Of a stretch of DNA of 64,000 bases, positions 18,792 to 27,668 are shown one piece after another; position 1 is the first letter of the stretch, and each line of letters starts with the position of its first letter. The position numbers were made by a program, and so were the translations under genes. The stretch is from the NCBI GenBank assembly GCA_013375475.1, contig JABXKD010000003.1, positions 39,866-103,865 on the forward strand. The letters are read 5' to 3'. Origin of the DNA: Promethearchaeota archaeon (GTDB lineage: Archaea; Asgardarchaeota; Lokiarchaeia; Sigyniarchaeales; SOKP01). The notes under the pieces were generated by a model. It worked only from the letters and a program-made list of their open reading frames with translations, had not been told where the DNA came from and searched no databases.

Positions 18792-20090
18792 GTGGTTCTT
18801 ATGCCTAATAAACGAAAGCTTTCTGAAATAAGGAAAAAAATTAGTAGTGGTACTGCGAATGTTATTACCGTTCAAGAATTCATCACACGAATAAGCGATG
18901 GAGAACATGTTAAGTTTGAAGATGTAGATGTGATAACTACAGCCACCAAAGGTTTAATGAGTGGAATTTTGGGGTTGTTTTCTTTCAGACTGAGCGCACC
19001 AAAGACATTGCGCAAATTTACTGAGATTAGCATAAACGGCATCCCCGCATTTCCAGGTCCGTGTCCCAATGAGTACTTAGGAATTGCAGATCTCATAGTT
19101 TATGGAACTGCACAAAGCCAGTCAAGAAAAGAATATTGTGGAGGGTCGTTATTTAGAGAACTCGTTGAAGGTAAACCGGTAGAGGTTCTCGCTAAAAGTA
19201 GTGAAGGAGAAAAAGTCGAAAAAGAATTAACTTTAGAAGATATGCAATACGCGAAACTAATGGGTACTAGACAAGCTATAAAAAATTACAATGCAATGCT
19301 TAATTGTGAATCATACCAGGTAAACACAATATTTTCATGCCTTCCATTTGAACCTGATAAATCAGAACTTACCTTTTCTGGTTGTGGTGCCTTGAATCCG
19401 TTTCAAAACGATCCTGAATTTGACTCTTTTGGCGTAGGCTCCCCACTTTTAGTGAACGGTGCTATTGGTTATCTTATAGGACCAGGTACGCGTAATTACA
19501 TAGAAAAACCAAATATGATGACTATAGCTCCGATGACCAAAATGAGCCCAGAATTTATGGGTGCTTTTAAAACTTCTTACGGACTTGAACCCATCTGTTC
19601 GATAGCAATACCAATTCCAATTCTCAGCGAACGCGTGTTCAAGAATATCGTTAAATCTGACAAGGATGTAAAATTGAAGATATTAAGCCTCGTTGGAAGA
19701 GAGAAGGTGGGAGAAATCACTTACGGAGATGTCTGGCAAAATAACTTCATGATGAAATTTAATCCTGAAGCGTGTAGAAAAGGGTACGATTGTAATGTTA
19801 TCGGAAAATGCCCTACAGACGCTTTTATTATAAAAGATGAACTTATCGTAGCAATTGATAGATCTCGATGTTTTAATTGTGGCAACTGCGCAAGATTGTG
19901 TCCAGAGGCTTTTAGTTTAGACCTTAAGTCAATTAATTTTGAAGGAAGCGACATTCCCGTCGTATTACGACAATCAGATCGAGCCGGAGCAATTCTTTTA
20001 GCTGAGCAATTAAAAAAAATGATCTTAAAAGAAGAATTTCAGCTAAAAAAACCAACTGGAACACTCGATTTTGCTGAGAGTATTAAATAA
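18792..20090 (+). CDS. DUF39 (homocysteine biosynthesis sulfurtransferase-like) protein with C-terminal 4Fe-4S domain; methanogenesis-marker-16-like
   Basis: DVDVITTAT.G.MSG, GPCPNE.LG, FSGCG.LNP.QNDP, CFNCGNCARLCP. Confidence 0.8.
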   Translation: MVLMPNKRKLSEIRKKISSGTANVITVQEFITRISDGEHVKFEDVDVITTATKGLMSGILGLFSFRLSAPKTLRKFTEISINGIPAFPGPCPNEYLGIADLIVYGTAQSQSRKEYCGGSLFRELVEGKPVEVLAKSSEGEKVEKELTLEDMQYAKLMGTRQAIKNYNAMLNCESYQVNTIFSCLPFEPDKSELTFSGCGALNPFQNDPEFDSFGVGSPLLVNGAIGYLIGPGTRNYIEKPNMMTIAPMTKMSPEFMGAFKTSYGLEPICSIAIPIPILSERVFKNIVKSDKDVKLKILSLVGREKVGEITYGDVWQNNFMMKFNPEACRKGYDCNVIGKCPTDAFIIKDELIVAIDRSRCFNCGNCARLCPEAFSLDLKSINFEGSDIPVVLRQSDRAGAILLAEQLKKMILKEEFQLKKPTGTLDFAESIK

Positions 20091-20176
20091 TTTAGTAGGC
20101 CATTTAAAAAATACAAACTCTTCTCATCTTATATTCTCGTAAAAAAGTTTATTTTTCATTTACAATACTTCAATTT

Positions 20177-21919
20177 ATGTCTAAACAAAACATTAGTCCT
20201 TTAGATGGTGGTGATCTAGTTGTTAAAAGCCTTCTTAAGGAGGGAATAACAAAAATTTTCGGTCTTGTTGGCGGAGAATTATTAAGAATTTATGACGCTA
20301 TAGAGAGATATGGGCGAGAAGAAGGTATTGATACTGTTATGGTTCGCCACGAACAAGCGGCAGGACACATGGCAGATGCTTGGGCGAGAGCTACAGGCGA
20401 GCTTGGAGTTTGCTTAGGAACTGCGGGTCCCGGGGTCACTCATCTCGTTCCAGCAGTAGCTACAGCGTGGGCAGATTCTATCCCACTTCTTGTTATCGGA
20501 GCACAAATCGGTAGAATGTTCGACGATACCGGTATTCTCCAAGGCGGGTTAGATCAAATGAAACTAATGGAACCGATAACTAAACTACAAATTTCGGTCG
20601 AAGAACCATATGAGATTCCAAAAGCAATACAAAGAGCAATTAAGGTTGCAATGTCAGGTAGGAGAGGTCCCGTTTTTCTAGAGTTTAGAGAGACCGCACT
20701 TGTCCGAAAAGCTTCTGATGAGGATGCAAATAATATATTAAATCCAGAGCAGTATAGACCGGTTGATAGACCAGTTGGAAACCCAAACGCGATTAAGAAA
20801 GCAATAGAAATCTTGAAAACTGCGAAAAAGCCTTTAATTGTTGCAGGTGGGGGAATTCATGCATCTGATGCGTCTAATGAGTTAAAAAGATTATCTACAA
20901 CTTATAAAATTCCGTGTGGTACAAGCATAAATGGTGTTGGCGCTATAGATATTCGCAGTGAAACTTATGTTGGCTCTTATTTAGTCGCTAATGCTTATCG
21001 AAAAGCAGTTTCTGAGGCAGATGTGGTTGTGTCTTTCGGTACTAAATGGGATTACACGATACTTTATGGAGCTCCTCCAATCTGGAACCCTAATGCGAAA
21101 ATAATCCAAAACGACATTGATCCAGAAATGATTGGAAGAAACCGAAAAGTTAGTGTCGCAATTATCGGCGATTCGAAAGCTGTACTTATCCAATTACTTG
21201 CTGAAATGGAAACATCGCTCCCAAAAGAGAAGATCACTGAATGGACGGAATGGAATACCTTCCTTACTGAAGTTAGGAAAAATGACGCTTTAACGATTCA
21301 AAAATTATTGAAATATGATAAATTACCTATGAAACCAGAAAGACTTGCATATGAAGTATTGGATTCAATAAAACACGATTCTCAACTAGTTATTGATGGT
21401 GGTGATATAGCAGTTTTTACTTTTGGTTTGATAAGTAATTTTCCACGGGATCCAAGAACTCTTTACTTTCCGTTAACTATGGGACATTTAGGTACGGGTA
21501 TCCCTTATGCGATAGGAGCTCAAATTGCGAACCCAGATAAACTTGTCGTTGTTATAAACGGGGATGGAAGCTTTATGTTTAATGTTCAGGAGTTAGATAC
21601 TGCTGTTAGATTAAATCTACCAATAATCATTATCATTGCTAACAATTGTGCGTGGGGTATGATTAAAAGCAAGCAAAAAGGAGAGTTTAAGAAGAGGTAT
21701 TGCGATGTAGATTTACCTCCAACTAATTACGCAGAAATTGCAAAAGGTTTTGGATGTTATGGAGAAAAAATTGAAAATCCTGAAGATATTAAACCTGCCA
21801 TACAAAGAGCAATAGAGTCTAAAAAAACTGCTGTAATTGATGTAGACATAGCTTTTGAAACCCCTATCGCTATGAAAGTAATTGGAAATCTAAAGAGAAA
21901 CCGCGGATTATATGGTTAA
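20177..21919 (+). CDS. Thiamine-diphosphate enzyme (acetolactate synthase/2-hydroxyacyl-CoA lyase-like)
   Basis: VRHEQAAGHMADAWAR.TG, GPG, GDGSF...NN ThDP motif. Confidence 0.92.
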   Translation: MSKQNISPLDGGDLVVKSLLKEGITKIFGLVGGELLRIYDAIERYGREEGIDTVMVRHEQAAGHMADAWARATGELGVCLGTAGPGVTHLVPAVATAWADSIPLLVIGAQIGRMFDDTGILQGGLDQMKLMEPITKLQISVEEPYEIPKAIQRAIKVAMSGRRGPVFLEFRETALVRKASDEDANNILNPEQYRPVDRPVGNPNAIKKAIEILKTAKKPLIVAGGGIHASDASNELKRLSTTYKIPCGTSINGVGAIDIRSETYVGSYLVANAYRKAVSEADVVVSFGTKWDYTILYGAPPIWNPNAKIIQNDIDPEMIGRNRKVSVAIIGDSKAVLIQLLAEMETSLPKEKITEWTEWNTFLTEVRKNDALTIQKLLKYDKLPMKPERLAYEVLDSIKHDSQLVIDGGDIAVFTFGLISNFPRDPRTLYFPLTMGHLGTGIPYAIGAQIANPDKLVVVINGDGSFMFNVQELDTAVRLNLPIIIIIANNCAWGMIKSKQKGEFKKRYCDVDLPPTNYAEIAKGFGCYGEKIENPEDIKPAIQRAIESKKTAVIDVDIAFETPIAMKVIGNLKRNRGLYG

Positions 21920-22047
21920 TTAGCTCTAATAATTCTATTTTTTCTACTTTTTTTAATTTTTAAATAAACATTTAATTCAATGCTGAATAAAGCTAATCTA
22001 AAAATCGTGTAAAATAATAATTCAATAATTCTAAAAGGTATATTAAA

Positions 22048-22854
22048 GTGTCTGAAGATAAATTTCTAAAAGGGAAAGTGGCTCTTATTACTGGAGCGGG
22101 TAGTGGATTTGGCCAAGAAATGGCTATCGCATATGCTGCTAAAGGAGCTGATTTGGTTTTAAATGATATTAACGAAGCGGGTCTCGCAGAAACAAGGGAA
22201 CTAGTTTTGGAACATTATAATTCAAAAATTCTCTTAATTAAAGCCGATGTCTCAAATTCTAAAGAAGTTGATGAAATGGCTAAAAAAACATTTGAAACTT
22301 TTGATAATGTTTTCCTACTAGTAAATAACGCCGGAATAGATGGTGGACTTTATACTGCCTTAAAAGCGAAAGAATCTGTTTATGATAAAGTGTTTGCTGT
22401 AAACGTTAAAGGCCCATTGAATGTTACTAAAGCATTTTTCCGAAGTATGAAGCGACAAAAGCAGTTCCAACCAATTGCGGGTAAAATTATAAACATCGCG
22501 TCAGTTGCAGGTACTCCTAATGGCCATAATCCGATGCTTGGGATTTATAGCGCGAGTAAAGCGGCATTAATTGCATTTACGAAACTTTGGGCTCTGGAAT
22601 TGGGAAAAAGCAACATAACTGTGAACGCTATTAGTCCAGGAGTCTTCTTAACACCTATTTATAATAATGATCCCAAATTAATTCGCCAATTTCTTGAAAC
22701 AAGAAATGTAAAGATTCCAATTGATAGAATTGGTGAAGCAGAATGGGTAGCTGACTTAGCAGTATTTTTGGCATCTCCAACAGCCGATTATATCACGGGA
22801 CAAAACTTAATTATTGATGGTGGGATGAGCTTATCAGTTAACAAACTAAACTAA
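22048..22854 (+). CDS. Short-chain dehydrogenase/reductase
   Basis: TGAGSGFG, NNAG, YSASK, VNAISPG. Confidence 0.95.
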   Translation: MSEDKFLKGKVALITGAGSGFGQEMAIAYAAKGADLVLNDINEAGLAETRELVLEHYNSKILLIKADVSNSKEVDEMAKKTFETFDNVFLLVNNAGIDGGLYTALKAKESVYDKVFAVNVKGPLNVTKAFFRSMKRQKQFQPIAGKIINIASVAGTPNGHNPMLGIYSASKAALIAFTKLWALELGKSNITVNAISPGVFLTPIYNNDPKLIRQFLETRNVKIPIDRIGEAEWVADLAVFLASPTADYITGQNLIIDGGMSLSVNKLN

Positions 22855-23035
22855 TCATATTAATCTTTTTTTAGAGTAGCTTTTTTTTTAAAAAGAAAGA
22901 AAAGTAAATAGTGTTATTACAAGAGCGTTATCACAAATAGTTATTATTATTATTAAAAAAATAGATCTAAATATCAAAGTTTCCTATAATTATTGAAGTT
23001 TATAAATTAAAATTAAAAGTTCAATATATTAAGTT

Positions 23036-24184
23036 TTAAGGGATATACCTAATTTTAGCATCTATCACAATTAAATCAGATTTAGGAGAAAAGGCTTTAA
23101 CTATCTTAGAGTTAATTATCTCTTCTAAACGCCATCCCTTCCCGTTTAACTTATTCCTTAAGTTTTCAATTCCTTTTTCAATTGGATTTGGTTTTTCACA
23201 GAATTGATAAATATGTAGTATTCCACCAATTTTTTTCATTAAAAAGCATGCTATATCTATATATTTTATAGATTGTTCCGGCAAATTCATTATAATTCTA
23301 TCTACGCAATCGTTTAAATGAGTTCCTAATTCATTTGACAAATTGATGAGGGTTGCGACATCTATGTTATGAGCGGAAATCTCCCCTTTAAGTTTATTTA
23401 ATTTAACATTTTCGATGAGATATTTATAAGCCATTGGATTAATATCAAAAGAATAAACGTTTACCTCGTTGCTTTTAGCAATTTGAATAGAGATTGGTCC
23501 AACGCCGGCAAACATATCTACGATTAATTCGTTTTTTGCAAAATTAAGTAAACTTAAACGCTTTCGCTCAAAAACTAATCTTGGGGTAAAGTATGTATTT
23601 TTGACATCTAATTTAAACATACAATTATTCTCTTTATAAATAGTTTCAGGATTATCTTCACCAAAAATCGACTGTAGATCTTTTAACCTATATTTTCCTT
23701 TTACTTCGCTTTTCTTCTCGTAAACTGTTTCTACCCCCTTATTCACTTTTACTATCGCTTCAGCCACTTTTTTCTTATATAACGAGGTTTTATCAATGTT
23801 TAACGCGATAAATTGGTCAAATTCGATAATCGCGATTTTACCAATAACATCATAAGATTTTGGTATTAATTCTATAATATCTTCAGGTAATTCGTCTGCT
23901 AAGGCTTCTTCAATTGAGCGAAATTTATAATTTGGATCCAGTTCCCCGTTAGTGTTAATAATTTCAAATTTTAAATCGAATATATCACTTTCAATAAATT
24001 TGTTCACATTTTCTCTGTTCTTTATTAAAGGAAACAGCACATAGGAACCACTATGTAGTACTTTTTTTCTTTTATCGATAATGTTCACATCGGAAAATTT
24101 TATCTTTATCAATTTGAGAAATTCTTCAGCGTGATCCTTTTGTATTTTTAAAAATTGAGTGTCTTCCTTTCCTGGCCTATTCAT
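23036..24184 (-). CDS. trm5: tRNA (guanine37-N1)-methyltransferase Trm5 family
   Basis: SYDVIGKIAI, YKENNC.F.LD, DMFAGVGP, RIIMNLP. Confidence 0.88.
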   Translation of the reverse strand: MNRPGKEDTQFLKIQKDHAEEFLKLIKIKFSDVNIIDKRKKVLHSGSYVLFPLIKNRENVNKFIESDIFDLKFEIINTNGELDPNYKFRSIEEALADELPEDIIELIPKSYDVIGKIAIIEFDQFIALNIDKTSLYKKKVAEAIVKVNKGVETVYEKKSEVKGKYRLKDLQSIFGEDNPETIYKENNCMFKLDVKNTYFTPRLVFERKRLSLLNFAKNELIVDMFAGVGPISIQIAKSNEVNVYSFDINPMAYKYLIENVKLNKLKGEISAHNIDVATLINLSNELGTHLNDCVDRIIMNLPEQSIKYIDIACFLMKKIGGILHIYQFCEKPNPIEKGIENLRNKLNGKGWRLEEIINSKIVKAFSPKSDLIVIDAKIRYIP

Positions 24185-24608
24185 CTACATCATTATCTTT
24201 GAAAACTATTGAGATACGGTTCTTGGAATTAGTTAAATTTTTAATAAGACTGCGGTTCAAATCCCTTGAAGATTTTGTACATCTTATAAGGATAGTCCTG
24301 TCGCATATATAGTTGCTTTTTCGAAAAACTAAGTCCTTTGTACTTAGTAATGTTAATTTTTTACTGCCATAGCCATAAAAATGATCAATATTTTCACCCA
24401 CTTTTATTACCACCTCGATTTTCTCTCCGGCCACTATTTTTCTCTTTAATTCTGGAGTTAAATCATGGCAGGCTTTTGAGGCTTTTATACCCAAAATACA
24501 TGTTCCTTTTTTGGTAAGATAATCGTCCTTAGTTAATTCAATGGTAGTTCTGTGAGTGCATTGTATAAGTGAATGCCCAATTGCATTGATTGAGTCTAAT
24601 ATGGCCAT
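24177..24608 (-). CDS. DUF371 family protein
   Basis: A.GH..I...H.TTIE.TKD..LT..G.CI.GI, VFRKS.Y...RT. Confidence 0.88.
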   Translation of the reverse strand: MAILDSINAIGHSLIQCTHRTTIELTKDDYLTKKGTCILGIKASKACHDLTPELKRKIVAGEKIEVVIKVGENIDHFYGYGSKKLTLLSTKDLVFRKSNYICDRTILIRCTKSSRDLNRSLIKNLTNSKNRISIVFKDNDVDE

Positions 24609-24611
24609 TTC

Positions 24612-26261
24612 TTACCCATCTTTGAAAAAGTGTATAATTTCTGATATATCATTAAATTCGGAAAAATTAATTCCATAGATTTTATTCAGAACATTATTTA
24701 AACCATTAATGGGATGTGTATTAGGGAATTTTTTCAATTCCTTAAATTGGTTTAAATACATATCTGGAATTAACAGGGCGCATTTATGATAGTTGCTAGA
24801 GATTCTTTTTAATAATTTCTCTGAATTTATTATAGAATTTTGATAGAAAATGTTATTTATTGAAGAATTAGCACTTGTTTCGTATTGTCCCATAGGGAAT
24901 GAATCGATGAGTTCGTATGGAATGATTCCAAATATAATGGAATAAAACGCTAAGTGGATATCCATTCTTTGAATTAAATCGTTCTTGTTAATTTCATTTA
25001 GCCATTTGTTTACAAAGGGCGATGTCGTGCCTTTTACATCCAACTCCGGTAAAATAATGAGAAATTTAACATTTTTAGGAGAACGGTAATTATTAAGAAT
25101 TTTTTGTTCATATCGATAAATTAAGGGTCTTTCTATGCTTTCTTTGGAAGAATAGAGTCTCCCATGACTTTTATATGCTTTTTCATAAATCTCAAAAAAG
25201 GGTTTATTCAATTTTATTACATTCATTGCTTTTACTAAATTTGGATGATTGCGTACTCTCTGTTCGACTAACTCCCATAAATTACCCTCCCTTATTGCCT
25301 GTCTTATTGTTCTTAGTTCAGAGAAAGATAAATATAAGTTATGTTTCGCGAGTAGTTCAATCCTCAAATTTTCTTCATATTTTTTTATTTCCTTTGGAGT
25401 GAAATCAGAGCATATAGGACAGTGACAGGGAAATTCTTCCAATTCTTCAAGCTTTTTGGTACCTGTTGATAGAGTAAAATAACGATTTTGCTTTGCAAAT
25501 AATATATATGCGGCCGAATCCATTAAATCACAACCACATGCGACAGCCAAAGAAAAATATTGTGGTAATCCTAAACCAAACATATGAATGGGTTTACTGG
25601 GAACTATATATTGCTTTGTGGTTAATAAAATTTGAGTTGTTAGTTCAAATCTGTAATCCAAAAACGCTTTTACTAATCCACCGATTGCATAGACTCCAAA
25701 ATCTAATTTACTCATTTCGAGTGAGCTTTCTTTTACTAATTCTAGATGTTTTCCTCCGTGTATTGGCCCAAACCAAGAACAGTCTGAACGAGTTCTTCTT
25801 GAAATATTATCTTTTGCTCTCTGAATCGTAGTAGAAACTTTTTTCTTTGATATTTCATAGTCATCTTCTAATTGTACGGGGATGTCTAAAATAACAGGAA
25901 AGTCTGATCCTATATTCTCTTGAAATTTTTCAATACTATCCGCATCGATATCTACGGAATCGTTATTATACATATATTGTTGAAACGCACCACTATCTGT
26001 TGCGATTATCCCATCATAATTTAGATACTCATGAAGCCCTGTATGGAGTATTTTATCTCTTAGTTTTTCGTTTTTGTAGATAATATAGGCATTTGTAAAG
26101 AGACATTGCGCTCCTATTTTTTTTAAATCGAGCGGTGAGATTAGATTATTGGAAGGATGTATTACCGGAAATAAATTAGGTGTAATCATCTCTTTATTGT
26201 TTAATTTAATCTGACCTAGTCGTGCTAAAGCGTCAACATCTAATATCTCAAATTTCATCAT
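24612..26261 (-). CDS. tgtA: Archaeosine tRNA-guanine(15) transglycosylase
   Basis: TDSGAFQ, HMFGLG.P, GCDLMDSAAY, CHCPIC, HNL, LWELVEQR.R.HP. Confidence 0.93.
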   Translation of the reverse strand: MMKFEILDVDALARLGQIKLNNKEMITPNLFPVIHPSNNLISPLDLKKIGAQCLFTNAYIIYKNEKLRDKILHTGLHEYLNYDGIIATDSGAFQQYMYNNDSVDIDADSIEKFQENIGSDFPVILDIPVQLEDDYEISKKKVSTTIQRAKDNISRRTRSDCSWFGPIHGGKHLELVKESSLEMSKLDFGVYAIGGLVKAFLDYRFELTTQILLTTKQYIVPSKPIHMFGLGLPQYFSLAVACGCDLMDSAAYILFAKQNRYFTLSTGTKKLEELEEFPCHCPICSDFTPKEIKKYEENLRIELLAKHNLYLSFSELRTIRQAIREGNLWELVEQRVRNHPNLVKAMNVIKLNKPFFEIYEKAYKSHGRLYSSKESIERPLIYRYEQKILNNYRSPKNVKFLIILPELDVKGTTSPFVNKWLNEINKNDLIQRMDIHLAFYSIIFGIIPYELIDSFPMGQYETSANSSINNIFYQNSIINSEKLLKRISSNYHKCALLIPDMYLNQFKELKKFPNTHPINGLNNVLNKIYGINFSEFNDISEIIHFFKDG

Positions 26262-26284
26262 ATTTCACTTAAAATCAGTTTTAA

Positions 26285-26878
26285 CTAATCAAAAAACACT
26301 TGTAAACGATCCTCTTGAAATAATTTTTCTAACCAGTCAACTTTACCTGCATAAAAATCTTTTATATCTACACTTTTAGTAAGAATATTAATTATTGTTT
26401 TTGTAATAAATTCTATACTGGCCATTGTTGTGTCAATTTCTAGTATCGGTGTGTTTATTGGTTTTTTCATAAAATAGTTAACACAATTGCCTAAAATTTC
26501 TGATTGAACATTTTCTCTAATTTTTTCTGTTTTATAACCTCTTCTCTTTAACCTGTTATATAGTTCATCTGGATCGCATCTTAGAATTATAACAAAATCG
26601 ATATATTGTTCGGGAACGATATCAGAAAAATGGCTTTCAATAATTAAAAATTCCGGATCTCCTTTTTTATACTCTTCTATTAATTTGATTAGAAAACCAA
26701 TTAACTTCTTATTATCTATGATAGAAGTTTCTCTTTTAGTGTCATATTTTTCTATTAAATTTTCTGAGATTGCTAGCTCGTTTAAGCTAATTACTTTAGC
26801 TTCGATATAATTTTGAATGTTATTTGATATTGTAGTTTTTCCGGTTCCTGGAGTACCAGAAACGATTAAAATTTGCAT
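26285..26878 (-). CDS. Adenylate kinase AK6/Fap7 family
   Basis: SGTPGTGKTT, IIESH, LRC.P..L..RL..RGY...KI.EN..SEI. Confidence 0.92.
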   Translation of the reverse strand: MQILIVSGTPGTGKTTISNNIQNYIEAKVISLNELAISENLIEKYDTKRETSIIDNKKLIGFLIKLIEEYKKGDPEFLIIESHFSDIVPEQYIDFVIILRCDPDELYNRLKRRGYKTEKIRENVQSEILGNCVNYFMKKPINTPILEIDTTMASIEFITKTIINILTKSVDIKDFYAGKVDWLEKLFQEDRLQVFFD

Positions 26879-27003
26879 GTTCTATTAAGTTAAATCTTCT
26901 ATGAAATATAAAAATATTATTATAATTTCGGATTAAATGCCTTTTAATTGTTCTATTCAAAAGAGCTGGAATTTCGAGATTACTTAACACACTATTGGTT
27001 AAA

Positions 27004-27107
27004 TGGGAAAGGGGGGCTTCGAACCCCCGACCTCACGGTTATCAGCCGTGCGCTATACCAGGCTAAGCCATTGAAGAGATTCTTCTATTTAAAGAATCCA
27101 CTCTCCC
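27004..27107 (-). tRNA. tRNA-Ile(GAT) with a 30-nt intron at position 7/8 (27071-27100)
   Basis: Spliced GGGAGAG+TGGCTTAGCCTGGTATAGCG CACGG-CTGATAA-CCGTG ... GGTTCGAAGCC ... CTTTCCCA; relaxed BHB with central helix GGAG/CTTC. Confidence 0.9.
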
Positions 27108-27120
27108 AAGCCGCTCTCCC
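27108..27120 (-). repeat. Tandem near-copy of the spliced tRNA-Ile 5' end
   Basis: GGGAGAGCGGCTT directly precedes the gene; mature 5' end is GGGAGAGTGGCTT (12/13 identical). Confidence 0.8.
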
Positions 27121-27267
27121 ATTCTAAAATTCGTACCAACTTCTATAGTTCTTTATTTTATAAATATTGAAGTAGTTATTATCGAAGTACAATTCGATTA
27201 AATGATTTATATTATATATAACTAAAAAATTTTTTGATTCTTTGATGCATAAAAATCCCTTTAATTT

Positions 27268-27522
27268 CTACAAGAAGTCATCCAAAGAATCTTTAATTCT
27301 ATAAGGTTCTTCTACACCTAAAGGATTGATCTTAATATTTGTATTATATTTTAATCGAACATCATGAAAACTAAATAATTCTCTAACTTGCTCATTGAAT
27401 TGTCGAATAATTTCTTGTATTACTACTTTTTGGTTAAAGAATAATTGTTTTCTATCGAAACCATCTTTTTCTTTTAATCTTATTAAAATAACTCTTTTTT
27501 CAAATGAGATTTTATTTTTTAT
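27268..27522 (-). other. Unannotated 84-codon frame without ATG/GTG/TTG start (ATA-initiated gene or gene fragment)
   Basis: IKNKISFEKRVILIRLKEKDGFDRKQLFF...PYRIKDSLDDFL, ending TAG; protein-like composition. Confidence 0.35.
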
Positions 27523-27668
27523 TGAGCTTGATTTTTAAATAATAAAGCAGTAAAGGGGTAGAATGGTGATAATAAATCCCTCTCAAGTCTTTCTAAATCT
27601 TTTATTTAGCTAGTATAAACACTCAATGGGATTTAGACGAGTCCGGGATCCAAATTTATCCAGTATAA

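Noticed and set aside
27108-27120. att-site (integrated element) explanation for the tRNA-Ile duplication
   Set aside because: The copy abuts the gene with nothing in between, matches the 5' rather than the 3' end, and no integrase is present
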